From assembly GCA_951406725.2 (NCBI GenBank), contig OX597818.1, positions 92,194,001-92,258,000 on the forward strand: a stretch of 64,000 bases of DNA, written 5' to 3'. How positions within the stretch are numbered: the first letter of the stretch is position 1; each line of letters begins with the position of its first letter. Made by a program: the position numbers and the translations under genes. This DNA is from Octopus vulgaris (taxonomy: Eukaryota). Shown here piece after piece: positions 11,685-24,787 of the stretch. The notes under the pieces were generated by a model that searched no databases, was not told the origin of the DNA, and worked only from the letters and a program-made list of their open reading frames with translations.

Positions 11685-12199
11685 GCGCATATGCATATAT
11701 ATATGACTAGTATGTGTGCGGTATGAAGTCCCACAAGTAGCATAACGATCAATTAAGTGCGTTAAGTTATTATCAATAAAAACCACAAAAGCCTTTGTGA
11801 AATATAATTTCCAAAGATCTCCTGGCAAGAATGTTAATTTGTTCGCCATTTATCAAGCTTGTAAAACCAACAAGACGGTTTGGTATTTGCGTTCGAAGTC
11901 ATCGACGTGTGAATGAGCACGCTCATTTAGAAAAAGACAGAGAGAAATCAAGGGGATATAATTAACTTCACACGGAAAAAGGCCAGTATTTTACGAATAT
12001 CAAAAGTTACATAACCCAACACTGCATCTCAAAAGTCAGTTCTTCTCAGGTTAATGGCAATAGAAATTCTAGGCTGGAATCAACGGTTTCCTGAAGGAAT
12101 CCATTGTGTGACCACCAGAACTGAGTCACACTGCCAAAGCAATGTCACACAGTTGCGATAGCCGCGCTATATATTGATATTGTGGTTGGGGAATTTTGA

Positions 12200-12560
12200 A
12201 TCTAGATGGATTGATATATATATAAAACAAACAAATTGAATATATCTGTAATGCGATACAAACCCACTGGGACATTGGATATTTCAAAGGTGTTATCTTT
12301 TTTTAATCCAAATAGATTCGCCACATAAGGAGTGTATTTCTTGGTCATTGAGGCTTAAAACTAGCGTGCAATTTTAATGTATCGCACAGCAAGGATTCAG
12401 ATATTGACGGGTAGAAATCTATAATATCAGACTGTTTCACATTTGGTTTACTTTTATTGTGGATGGATATCACAGAGAATGTATTGGCCTGTAATAACAG
12501 GTTCAAAGATTCCTTAGTCTTATCATTAATTGTCAAACAAGTCGGGCCCAAATGGAAACT
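12200..12560 (-). pseudogene. Decayed Penelope-like RT fragment
   Basis: SDIIDFYPSISESLLCDTLK matches the PLE RT motif FDI..FYPSI...LL..AL; IWIKKDNTF follows. Confidence 0.6.
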
Positions 12561-13049
12561 TCACAATCAAGTGGAAATAGAACCCCTTTGCATCAAGTGA
12601 TGTATACCTGGTCGATCAAAGATTAAAATCTGGCCGATTAGATTTGCGCATGCACACACACACACACACACACACACAGATGTACCCACATATAAATTAA
12701 TATATATAAATATACACAAATATATATGCAGGATTAACAGCTCTAAGATTCATAGAGGGTCGAGTTTTAAGGAATTAAAGACGTGGGCGATTTTGTGATT
12801 CAGGGGGAATTTTGAAAAACAAGGGGGAATTCGAGGCGGTGTTCAGTGAACAAATTAAACACACTGCCCGCGAACCGATCAAGTTTATGTATAAATATTC
12901 TTTTTATATGTTTGTTTCCTTTTACACAATATTAAAACAACGGCTAAAAGTTTTCTGAAGCAACTAATTTTATCTACGAGCCGCTACTGAAAAGAACAAT
13001 AATTATATTCAAGTCTATATAATAATCAAAGAACATTCTCACTCGTAAT

Positions 13050-13737
13050 ATTATTTAGAAAAGAAAATTTTATTACTCTTCAAGAATTTTGGTAAGACAA
13101 AACTAATAAGAAAAAAATCAATTAAAAATATTCATGAGTTTTGAGAAAATGAGAGGAGAGTGGCAGAAATTATTTTGTCTAGGTAAAATCTTGGTTATAG
13201 TAACTAGCAATCGTTAAACGAAATCATTGATGAAAGTTCTAGCATCGGAAAAGGCCCTGTGTTCGAGAATTTTGATATGAAAACTATACGTGAGTTATTA
13301 AATTCACATTCAAAAGACCTAAATGGGGACGATCTTATTGAATTCAGGCGTCAACGGAAATACGAAAGCGAATGAGCAGAGAAATGTGTGAAAAAACGGA
13401 AAATGTCTCAATGAAAATAGCACCGATAAAGATTTATTTATTTATTTGTTTATTTATTTGTTTGTTTAGTCGCCATATAGAGTTTTCCAAGCAACGATAA
13501 TTGTACATTCATCTGTATGTCGATAGAAGTATACTTGTTCACCGAGGCAACTAAATTGATTACTATTGGAAAAATATATGCCGGAAAAAAAAGAGAAATT
13601 AAAGCTATTCTATTCGTTCTTGATAATATTTCTCAAAAATTATTTAAAATAATTCTAAATTGGTTTTATTTTGTAGGATTAATTTTAATTATTCTCGTCG
13701 ATTATTATTTGATTAAAGCGATTTTAGTGTACGTGTA
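13050..13737 (+). pseudogene. Old Tigger/pogo-like transposase C-terminal remnant
   Basis: ELLNSHSKDLNGDDLIEF resembles the Tigger C-terminal ELL.SH...L..EDL.E motif; boundaries are uncertain. Confidence 0.4.
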
Positions 13738-14379
13738 ATCATCGTGAGATTAATTTAACCCTCTTCACCACACACACAAATATATGCATATCTATATAAA
13801 TAAGTGTGTGCGCGCATGTGTATGTGTGTGTAGATAGATAGATAGTTTCGTACATACATACACATATGTACATAGACATATGTAGACAGATATGTGTGTG
13901 TGTACGTGTGTGTATGTGTGTGTGTGTGTATGAATGTATGTATACATTTACTAAATTGTTGATACGTACGAGACGACTCGTTATTGCAACTGTGTATTTA
14001 CAACAAAACTGAACAAATAAGTGCGCTATAAAAAATAATATAGCAATCAATTGAATCTAAGCTAGTTGATATTAAAAATATCTAATTAAAATTCTTCAGA
14101 CCAAAATGAATTCGTTTCTGCTGTTCTTCGTTAGAGTAAAGAGAAATTTTTATGGACGCGCTTAATATTTGAAGTAACTTTGATCTGTTTATTTCTCAAG
14201 AAAAGACGAAATGTAGAAGTGAGTCTCTTATAAATGTGGAAAACGAAAAAGACTGTTAAAAATATAAACATGTGTGGAATATACTTAAGTTATTCTTCGT
14301 AGAAAATTACTGGTAATCATGAACATTTTCAAGTGCTCAACCTCTTAGTGAAGGACCTGATAGTTACTCAAGCAAATAA

Positions 14380-14600
14380 CAGTTCTAATTTTGACGCAAG
14401 ACTAGTAATTTTTGAGGCAGGCAAGTCGATTGTATAGACACCACCTCCCAGTAACTTTACTGGTACTTATTGTGTAGACCCTGAGAGGATGAAAGGTAAT
14501 GTCGATCTGGGCGGATTGTGAATTCAGAATGAAAAGATGGAAGATATGCCGCTAAGCATTTTGTCCGGAGTGCTAATGATTAGGACGATTCGCCGCTTTA
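14380..14600 (-). mobile_element. SINE family C (diverged)
   Basis: GAGAGGATGAAAGGTAATGTCGATCT...CGCCGCTT. Confidence 0.65.
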
Positions 14601-14698
14601 AATACTCACGTACTTAATATAATGTAATACATTATATCATTTCATTATGCAAAATCTGAATTTGTCACATGAGTGCTCATGTTACAAATATATAATCC

Positions 14699-14980
14699 TT
14701 TTGCTCATTAGGGCCGGGTTTCCAGGTTTCTTTGGCGTATAGGTTCCCCACCTGGACGGGACGCCGGTCCGTCGCAGGTGAGCTGCAAGATGCAGGACGA
14801 AAGAGTGGGAGAAAGTTGTGGCGAAAGAGTCAGCAGAAGTTCGCTATTACCTTCTGCCGGAGCCGCGTGGAGCTTAGGTGTTTCGCTCATAAACACATAC
14901 ATCGCCCGGTCTGAGATTCGAACCCGCGATCCTTCGACCGCCGGTCCGCTGTTCTAACCACTATGCCATGTGCCTCTACT
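14699..14980 (-). mobile_element. SINE family A (tail variant A'') with target-site duplication
   Basis: Flanked by AAATATATAATC at 14687-14698 and 14981-14992. The head plus flank is locally re-duplicated at ~15016-15120. Confidence 0.85.
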
Positions 14981-15878
14981 AAATATATAATCATGATAAT
15001 AAAGCTATCTAATAATGAGATTCGAACCCGCGATCCCTCGACCGCGAATCCGCTGTTCTAACCACTAGGCTATGTACCTCCACTAAATATATAATCGCGA
15101 TAATAAAATTATCTAATAATATGTGCACAGGCACAGACATGGCTGTGTGGCTAAAATATTCGCTGCAAAACCATGTGTTTTCGGTTTCAATTCAAATGTG
15201 TGCCATTCTGAACAAGTACTCTTTACTATAGTCCCGAGCCGCCCAGTGCCTTGTGGATGAATTTGGTAGATGTAAAGTATGAGAAGCTCGTCGTTTATAT
15301 TTGTATGTCTTCGGGCTTGTGTATCTGTTTGTCTGTACATGACATGACATCGGTAATATTTCAACTCAAAGACGAAGTACGACAAAAATTCGACAGCAAT
15401 TAAAGTGCTGAATTTAAAACTACTAATCCCTTAAACATCACACCATTATCTACCGAGACAAACAAAAGGGTTGGTTTTAATTCTTATAATAATCTTTGAT
15501 TCTTACGGGCGTGTTTTATAATCCATATACAAAGGCGATGAAGCTATAGATAGTGAAAGAGAGAAAATTCATTGAGAAACATGGATCGAGAAACGAAGAC
15601 AAACAAACGAATTGTTAAATATATACATATGCTCACAAACAAATATACGTATTTTTGTTTTTCAGTGTGTGCATATGAAAATACATTTTTTTTTCATTTT
15701 TTATCACTTATTTGTTTCAGTCATTGGTCTATACGAGATGCTTTCTCAAGGCGAATACTAAAATATCATGGCATTCTACAAGTATATCCACGTTAACTTG
15801 GATATAAAGATTGTAGATAGTTACTTGGTACTAATACTGACTCCGTCACTAATGACTATATATTTTTGAATCTTAGTA

Positions 15879-18408
15879 CAGGCATACCTCGGCTGAAGTC
15901 GTTTCGATTTAAGTCGTTCTCGATCATACGTCGGTTTTCAAAAATAATATATGGAAAAATAAATATCAGGTTAAGTCATTTTACTCGACTTTACCTCTGT
16001 CCACCACAAATATTGGAGCCGTAAGATCAACAGAAAACCGTTAAAGGTACATAAGATCATGTTACTGTAAAATAAATACGAATAAAAGCATATGAAATCA
16101 CATTAAAATACGTACAGTAAATGTTAAACTACACACCATACAGTAGTGTAGCTTAATGAACGAAATACATGAAATCAGCTGTGTTGTCTTATTTATTGGT
16201 CTTTCGGAACTCATATTGCACTGTAGTTCCAATATTTACCGGTAGGCGTCGGTGTCACTCGTGATTCCTGCGATTGTTTTGAATTCAGATTTGCTTACGT
16301 CTGTTTATCGGCTACTTTCTCATCCTTATTTATTTTACCCCCATGGATCCTAAGAAAATTCGTAGTGAAATTATGAAGCGTCGTGCTATAACGCTGGAAG
16401 ATAAACTGGGTATGATAAATCGCCATGAAAAAGGTGAAGAAGTGGTAGTAATTGCACGATCTTTTGGAGTGAGTCGGACAACTGTATCAACGATTGTACA
16501 TAATAAGGACAACATTTTAGCACGTATCAAATCTGAAACCCCAAGGATGAAGAACGCTGTTATCAATGAAAAAAGAGGCAAAATCTTTGAATAAATGGAA
16601 AGTCTTCTTTCTCTTTGGATTGTTAGGTTGAATCGTCAGAGTACTACTATGAGTCAAGAAATCATTCAAAAGAAAGCGTTGTCTTTGAGAACCTGAAGAA
16701 AAAAATATGCAGATGAAAAAGACGTAAAGTTCAAAGCATGTCGAGGATGGTTCATGAGACTTAACGGGCAAAGAAGTCATCACTCCATTAAGAAGCAAGG
16801 TGAACGTGCATGAGCTGACGAACAAGCAGCAGCGGAATTTCCTAATGCATTAAAGAAAATCATCGAAGACAACCTTTTCTTCCCGAACTGATTTTTAACG
16901 TAGACGAAACTGGGTTGTGATGGAATAACTTGCCAGATCGTTCATTCATTTCCAAGGAGGAGAAAACTATTTCAGACTAAAAGGTCTCAAAAGAACATGT
17001 GACCATTATGTTGGGAGGTAATTGTGCAGGAGATTTTAAGTTAAAGCCATGGCTTGTGTATCATGCACACAACTTTCTAGCCCTGAAAAACATATCCAAG
17101 GCATCACTCCCTGTTAAATGGATAGTTAATTCAAAACATGGGTTACCGTTGTTGTTTTTGAAGATTAGTTCTTCAATCATCTTATCCGAGCAGCAGATAA
17201 GTACTGTAGAGGATTCTTTTAAAGTTTTACTTAAAAGACGGAGATTCTTTTATGGTTTTACTTATCTTAGATAATGCTCCTGGCTACCAGCAAAACATCG
17301 TAGATTTTGGCCCCAATATTACCGTCTTATATATCCCTCCAAACACAAAGTCTCTTCTGCAGCCAATGGATCATGGAATAATTGCTATCTTCAATTATTA
17401 CTATATGAAGCGTACGCTACAGCAAGCAATAGCTGCAACTGATCTTGGTGAGTCCATCACACTTCGAGGATTTTGGAAGAGATGCGATCTATACAAAGCT
17501 GTACAGAAGATAGCAGCTGTATGAAATCATGTACAGAGCACGGCTATGAATGGTGCATGGAAGAAGCTATACCCGCAATTCGTGAATGATTTTAAGGGGT
17601 TTGATAATGTTGCCATCAACAAAACGTTGGTGACTACGAGCAAAGAGCTAGAAATTGATTTGGAGGAGGAGGATTTCACTGATTTATTTGAAAAAGACAA
17701 GCAGCCCCTGACGAACGAAGATTTGATAGAACTTCACGAGCTGCAAAATAAAGAAGAGGAATTCGAATCTGAGCCACGTCACTTCACCATTAATAAAATG
17801 CGGGAAGCATTTGCATACATCGAAAAAAGTCTTTCTATGTTCGAGGATATGAATCCATATGCTCAACACTTTTCCAAGATTACGGGGAGCTTGTCACGAA
17901 ACTTTTGCTCCTTAAAATGTAATCCTTGAGAAAAAGAAGACAAATCAAGAAACTCTCAGCCGGTTTTGTAAGCGCATTAAAAAATAAGAACAGCCAGAGT
18001 CAGCTGTTGATGTTGACGATCCACAGCCATCTACATCCGCGGTGTAAACCACCAAACTGTATGTACGTATTAGTAAATTTTAAATAATTTAGTTTTTTTT
18101 TTACTATTGCAAAATAATAATAACTTCTGAATTTGTTTTTTAAGCTTAAAAAAGACTTTTATTTTACCATGTCTTATTTCAAAACGCATTCATAAATAAA
18201 GCGTCCGCGATGTACGGTAAACACCGCCAAAATGTATTCGTAAATTTACATTACATTTTTTTACTTTACCGTATTAAAAAAGAAAAATTATTTGTACAGA
18301 ATCGGGAATAGTTGTTATCAGTTCAGCCTAGAGACAGGTGAATTCGACTTAAGTCGTTTAAGTCGTCTCTCCTGTAACCAATTAACGACGAAGGGTGAGG
18401 TATGCCTG
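15879..18408 (+). mobile_element. Full-length Tigger/pogo-family DNA transposon, transposase inactivated
   Basis: TIRs CAGGCATACCTC / GAGGTATGCCTG with TA on both sides. Motifs: HTH (KRRAITLEDKL..IARSFGVSRTTVSTI), IFNVDETGL, GGNCAGDFKLKP, LILDNAPG, PPNTKSLLQPMDHGII. Confidence 0.93.
16343..17960 (+). pseudogene. Tigger/pogo DDE transposase (CENP-B-like HTH plus DDE_1) with stops and frameshifts
   Basis: ORF pieces 16343-16594, 16999-17274, 17252-17524 and 17546-17929. Confidence 0.9.
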
Positions 18409-18439
18409 TATTTATAAGTGTATTTATAAGTCGCATTTT

Positions 18440-18510
<71 letters not shown>

Positions 18511-19694
18511 CCATTTAACACATTCAACCTTACGTGAATTGAGGATATTTCAGAACAGCGAAGTCTCAAGATATGAAAGATAAAAAGATATATCAAATAT
18601 ATGTTCATATCATCAGCAGCCTAACGGATATCGTTATGTTTTCGACACCTGGGAAGTACAATTCAATGTAGCGGTGTCAAAGCTCACTGCTAATTAATAG
18701 AGAAGTAGCATGAGTGACACATTAACATAATATGCCCATTGCGTCTACACCAGTTTAGCATCACACCTACAAAGATAGATTAAAAATAAAATTAAATTAG
18801 ACCGATTGCTACAAAGCATAAATTTCAAAAGCAGTACCTACAAACAAAGGAATTTCTCCAAAAAGAACTTTGCTGTTTCAAAAATTACACTAGCGAATTA
18901 AAAATGTTGAGCAATATGTACTAAATCACCGATACATAACATAGAATATAATATTTATTTTTTTCTTTGAGAAACTGTAACTCGAAGCCTTTCTTCTTCA
19001 TTACAATTATCATCTTCAATATCTTTTGTTATTGTGATTGTAGTTGTTGTTGGTGGTATTATAATTATTGTTGTTGATGTTATTATTATTATTGCATCTG
19101 CTTAATGTTGAATAAATTTTCGATAATGTTTGTATTTATAGCGATACAAATATTCAAGTATATGGTTATGTATGAATGTATATGTGTGTATGAAGGTGAA
19201 TAGATGTACATGTGAGGGTGTGTATGTGTATATATGTGTGTGTGCGCGCATGTGTGCGAGTGAGTGAGGCTGTGCGCAGAGAAAGAGAGAGAGAATGAGT
19301 GTGGTGTGACAAAGGGGAGTGACAAAGAGGAGTGAAACATTAAAAAAAGCTTAAGAATAATTAAGGCATCATATTAAAAGATTAGCAACAAAAGGATACA
19401 ATAAAAAGGATTTTATTTTACTCTCGGGTCAGAAAAAATATGTTCTATATCGGATAGATAAGATCAGCTGATCAAATGTTTACGTTGAACACTTCAACTT
19501 GGGTTATTAGTTTTGTTTTATTACACATACCTTTACAGCTAGATTTGTGCGCGCATGTGTGATGTGTATGCACGCATGCGTGTGCGTGTTTTTCGATGTG
19601 GGTATGAGTGTCTGTATTTCTTTATATACATAATATGTATATATATATATAAAGAAATACAGACACAGACACATATTATCGATAAACACGTACA

Positions 19695-19725
19695 CTAGCA
19701 GACATGCCCGCGTTGCTCGGGAGTA
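19695..19725 (-). mobile_element. Helitron 3' terminus (fragment)
   Basis: Minus strand CCCGAGCAACGCGGGCATGTCTGCTAG: the same hairpin plus CTAG as at 10934-10961. Confidence 0.6.
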
Positions 19726-19739
19726 ATGTGGCATAGTTT

Positions 19740-19943
19740 TTATTTCTTGTTTTACTTGTTTCGGTCATGTGACTGCGGTCATGGTGGAGCAACACCTTAG
19801 TCAAAAAAGGGGACCCAAAGAATTATTCTTTGTATGCCAAGTAGTTATTCTATCGGTGTGTTTTGCCAAACGGCTAAGTTATGGGGAGTAAACACAGTAA
19901 CATCGGTTGTCAAGCGATGATGGGGGAACAAGCATACACACAC

Positions 19944-19950
<7 letters not shown>
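19740..19950 (-). mobile_element. SINE family B, 3' half (diverged)
   Basis: TTTTACTTGTTTCGGTCAT...GGTTGTCAAGCGATG. Confidence 0.65.
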
Positions 19951-19996
<46 letters not shown>

Positions 19997-20099
19997 ATAT
20001 GTATATATACATATATATCTATATAAATATTATTCATATATATACATATATATATACATATACATACATATATACATGTATATACATATGTATATATAG

Positions 20100-20191
<92 letters not shown>

Positions 20192-20193
<2 letters not shown>

Positions 20194-20766
20194 TGCTTCT
20201 GCACATTGCTCATGAGGTCCTACCAGAATCGCAATGTGAGTTTGGGGATAGTAGGAGTTACTATGGATATGATATTTTCGGCTATACAGTTGCACGAGAA
20301 GTGCATCGAACAGGTTTTCATTGACCTAACAAAAGCGTTTAATTCTATCAATAGAATTGCACTTTGGGAGATCCTAAAAAAGCTAGGATGCCCTGAAAAA
20401 TTTGTGAGAATGCTTAGACAATTTCATGACAAGATAGAAGTGAGAGTTAATGTTGGAGGTACCTTATCAGATCCAATTGCTGTAGAAAATGGTATAAAGC
20501 AAAGTGATATTCCTGTTCGTACACTGTTTGCTTTATATTTCGCAATAGTCTTTCAAATAGCTTTTAAATACTTCCCTGAAGGGGTCTATGTAAGATATAG
20601 GACAACAGGAAAACTGTTCAATCTTAAAAGACTCTGTGCCAAAACGAAAGTTCTGCATTCTCACCTTGTTGAGCTTCTGTATGTGGTTGATTGTGACCTG
20701 TTGGCACATTCTCAGAAAGATATGCCGAACATGGTGCATGCGATTTCTCCATTTTCTGAATTTTAA
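20192..20766 (+). pseudogene. RTE-clade LINE reverse transcriptase fragment
   Basis: [47 protein letters not shown]...NGIKQ...LFALYF...YRTTGKLFNLKRL; the catalytic YADD has degenerated to YVVD. Confidence 0.85.
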
Positions 20767-20790
20767 TTTGAATATTTATAAACCAAGTTT

Positions 20791-20842
<52 letters not shown>

Positions 20843-20892
20843 CGCCTGTGTATGCATGTATGTACGTATGTATGTGTGTCCTTATGTGTGGT

Positions 20893-21050
20893 AGGCGCAG
20901 GAGTGGCTGTGTGGTAAGAAGCTCCTTTCCCAACCACATGGTTCTAGATTCAGTCCCAATATGTAGCATCTTCTACTCTAGCCTCAGGCCAACCAAAGCC
21001 TTGCGAGTGGATATGATAGACAAAAACTGAAAGAAGCCCGTTGTATATAT
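20893..21050 (+). mobile_element. SINE family B (5' part)
   Basis: GGCGCAGGAGTGGCTGTGTGGTAAG head. Confidence 0.75.
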
Positions 21051-21665
21051 ATATATATATTGGCGATCCACTAAGTTACAAGACCGTAAACATACCGATA
21101 CTGGTTAATAAGCGTTAGTGGAGGAGAAACACAATCACGAAGATACACACACACATGCACACATGCACACACATATGGCGGACTTCTTTCTCTTTCTGTC
21201 TTCTAAATCTACTCTTGAGATTTTAGTCGGCTTTCAGAACTTGCAATTTTTGCTATCAATCAAATATTGAGAGAATAGTTAACAGCAAGAATCAGATTTA
21301 ATATAATAGTTCCAAGTCATATAACTGTCAGTTACATAATTGTAGCTACTTGATTATTTCGTTTATATATTAAACAACGTTACATGAATTCATTTCATAA
21401 TTTTAGATAACTAAAAGTAAATTTGAATATAACGCTTTTAAAAACAATTAAGCTATATATTGTAAAAGGAAAAAAAGGAGAGTAAAATCAACCATTCCAG
21501 TAACCAAAGTACCTTTGACGTATTTATGTCAATCACTCCATCCTACACTATTAAATTAATAGAAACGTTTAGTCTAAAAACAATCATAGGCACACACACA
21601 CGCACATACAGAAAATGTATAGTGAAGCGTACTTAGAAAAAAAACACGTATTTACAGACAGATGT

Positions 21666-21965
21666 GGAGGCGCAATGGCCCAGTGGTTAAGGCAGCGGAC
21701 TCGCGGTCGGAGGATCGCGGTTTCGATTCCCAGACCGAGCCTTGTCTGTGTTTATTGAGCGAAAACACCTGAAGCTCTATGAGGCTCCGGCAGGGGTGGT
21801 GACGACCCTTTATTGTACTCTTACGCCCCAACTTTCTCTTACTCTGTCTTCCTGTTTCTTGAGTAACGCTGCGATGGACTGGCATCCCGTCCAGCTGGGG
21901 AACACATACGCCACAGAAACCGGGAAACCGGGCGCATGAGCCTGGCTAGGGTTGAAAAAGGCGAA
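21666..21965 (+). mobile_element. SINE family A
   Basis: tRNA-like head; tail GCGATGGACTGGCATCCCGTCCAG...GAAACCGGGAAACCGG. Confidence 0.85.
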
Positions 21966-22040
21966 ATAAAAATTACAGACAGATACATACATACATACAT
22001 ACATAAATACATACATACATACATACATACATACATACAT

Positions 22041-22110
22041 GATAGCTGCCCCCTCGTTATCGAGTATGGCAATTGCCCGAAGCTTAACTGTTATTGGTGC
22101 TGTGATCGAA
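22041..22110 (-). mobile_element. 70-bp probable LINE (RTE-like) 3' end embedded in (TACA)n
   Basis: Minus strand reads ..RSQHQ-stop, then a short UTR with a CTCG ataa CGAG hairpin, then an (ATGT)n tail. Confidence 0.45.
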
Positions 22111-22955
22111 TACATACATACATACATACATACATACATACATAAATACGTACATACATACATACATACATACATATATACATACATAAATACGTACATA
22201 CATACATACATACATACATACATGCATACATATACACGTATATACATTCATACATACATACATATATAAAAGGAACTCAAATAGAAATAACACAGACTGA
22301 AAATATATGCACACTGTGCTATGGATCCTTAGGCAGAGGGAGTGATGTATACTCATACACACACTCAAGCACACACACACACATGCACATACATATATAC
22401 AGTGTTAGAAATAGAGAGACGCATTTATAAGGAATCCACTATAACAAGTCCACCGTAAAAAACAGCAGAATCAACAGTGATTCTAACTTAAGAAAAATGG
22501 CGCTTACACCAAAGTTCTTGACTAGTATTTGCAATAACAATCACCACCTGTAACTTCGAGTGGATTTCAAATATATGTATTCCAAAGAAACTCACTTCTG
22601 TCTCGATGAAAATCACTTCTATACTCCTTCATTCGCACTAGTACTCTCCGTTTTATTGTGTCCAGTCGAAATACATCACTTTTATTTGATTTTTTTAACT
22701 GTTTAGCTATATTACATGAATCAATAATTTCGCGTCTCATTCGTAAATTGTTTTACTTCATGCCATCAGATTTTAATATTTAATGTTCATTACATCAGTG
22801 GTATTTACAAACACACCCAGAAGAGTAGTACCATGAGATTAGGTACATTGGCTTAAACGCGCCGAACCGATACTTGACTCTGTCTGGCGAGATGTAAAGT
22901 CGAATTTCACTTTTCCGTAACTACTTCAAATATCATTTTATTTTAGTTATTACAA

Positions 22956-22997
22956 GTGTATGTGTGCGTGTACACATATACATACATTATCTATCTA

Positions 22998-23060
<63 letters not shown>

Positions 23061-23113
23061 TTCTCTCTCAGTGTGTGCGTGCGTTTGTATATACATACAC
23101 CGATATGTATATA

Positions 23114-23171
<58 letters not shown>

Positions 23172-23187
23172 TGTATATATGTCTATG

Positions 23188-23239
<52 letters not shown>

Positions 23240-23340
23240 CACATATATATATATATGTATATATATATATATGCATACCTACATATATATGTATATATGT
23301 ATGGATGTATATATGTCTAAGTATATATACACACACATAT

Positions 23341-23379
<39 letters not shown>

Positions 23380-23400
23380 ACGTATATACATATATACGCT
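22956..23400. repeat. Long compound (TA)n microsatellite
   Basis: Directly visible. Confidence 0.95.
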
Positions 23401-24027
23401 TACAGAGTTTCGCCTCTCTCTGTCACTCTGTGTTTCTCCCCCAATCTCCATTTATATTTTTGTCTGTTCCTTTTTCATCTGTAGAACAGTAAACAATTCA
23501 GGAAACCCAGTATTTAATATGACACTACTAGAGTGGAACCCAGTTATAAATGTCATAAAGACGGCATGCTGTTCAACCAGCTGCAGATGACTCAATAGTC
23601 ATTGTGGAGCAATAAAGTAATTTAGTTTGCTAAAAATAGCAGTCAAATTTCCCTCAATTTTAGGAGTTACTGGAGTATTTGCCCCACTTGCAGATCCAGT
23701 TAACGATTAATAAATATCATCAAACGTTAAACAAGTGAAATAAATAATTAGCAAGACTAGTGAACAAGAACCCTACCATTATCCTTTTTTCTAATTTAGA
23801 ATTCCAAGATGTGTGTGACACAAGCATTAAATGTAAATAAGGTATATTGCATCGACTATCAATGAAGTATTTATCACATTTAGAATGTATTATTGTAAAA
23901 ACTATTTTTATGGCTTAATTAAAGAAGGAATAAACATAGCTATGGTCCATCTGTTTTGTCTTTTCTATCAGTACTTCCTTGGCCATTGCTCTGATGAACT
24001 TTGTGTTCTAGTATCTTCTATTTAGAC

Positions 24028-24365
24028 CAGTAGTTTTCAACCGTGGTCCATATTATCCCAGGGTATCCATATAAGATTTGGAGCGATCCACAAGCAAAAT
24101 AGTAAATTGGAGAGCCACAGCAGTATATTAAGGATCCATGGAATTTTTTTGCTATAGATGTATTCGTTGCAAGGAACAGCTAGGATTCTTTCTCTAACAC
24201 TTTGCATAGTTCAACCTACCTAAGTGAATGCGTGAAAAACAAAATAGGAATTTTGAAAGAAGTATATATAGTATTAGCTCTTAAACATCGAATGGCTTTG
24301 GGGTTCCACCATGATAAAATAGGAATCAAAGGGGCCCTTTAGTAAAGAGTAGTTGAGAACCACTG
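24028..24365. mobile_element. hAT (Charlie/MER5-like) MITE
   Basis: TIRs CAGTAGTTTTCAAC / GTTGAGAACCACTG; degenerate 8-bp TSD ATTTAGAC / GTGTAGAC. Confidence 0.75.
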
Positions 24366-24437
24366 GTGTAGACCTTTAAATGTGGTACTCGCTTCTCTTC
24401 CCAAACGCATCGTTTCTCTGTTGAGCTTCATATTAGG

Positions 24438-24756
24438 CTCGCCCACAACATCATAAGCGGGAAGTGTAACCTCTCGAAAGAGCTGTTCTTCACTCCTGCT
24501 CCGGAGCGTCGGCTGCGGGGTCATTCCGAAAAGCTCTACCTGCGACGATTTCATCTCAATCGAAGGAGAGGAGCTTTCTCCGTCCGGGTTGCGGATCCGT
24601 GGAACAAGCTGCCAGACGAGATGGTGAAGATGCCGACGACCGCTTTGTTCAAAGCCTCCCTGGACCTCAAGTGGCCTGAACTCTTTACATGAACACCACC
24701 CTGTACTTAACTCCATGTCCCCCTACATGGCCTTGCTATTTGCTTTTGAGCCAAAT

Positions 24757-24787
<31 letters not shown>
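24438..24787 (+). mobile_element. 5'-truncated CR1/L2-type LINE 3' end with (TAAC)n tail
   Basis: Open frame ...RRLRGHSEKLYLRRFHLNRRRGAFSVRVADPWNKLPDEMVKMPTTALFKASLD...-stop, a typical CR1 ORF2 C-terminus; short 3' UTR; (TAAC)n tail. Confidence 0.85.

Noticed and set aside
24339-24716. 125-aa minus-strand ORF
   Set aside because: It is the antisense shadow of the CR1 ORF2 C-terminus on the + strand.
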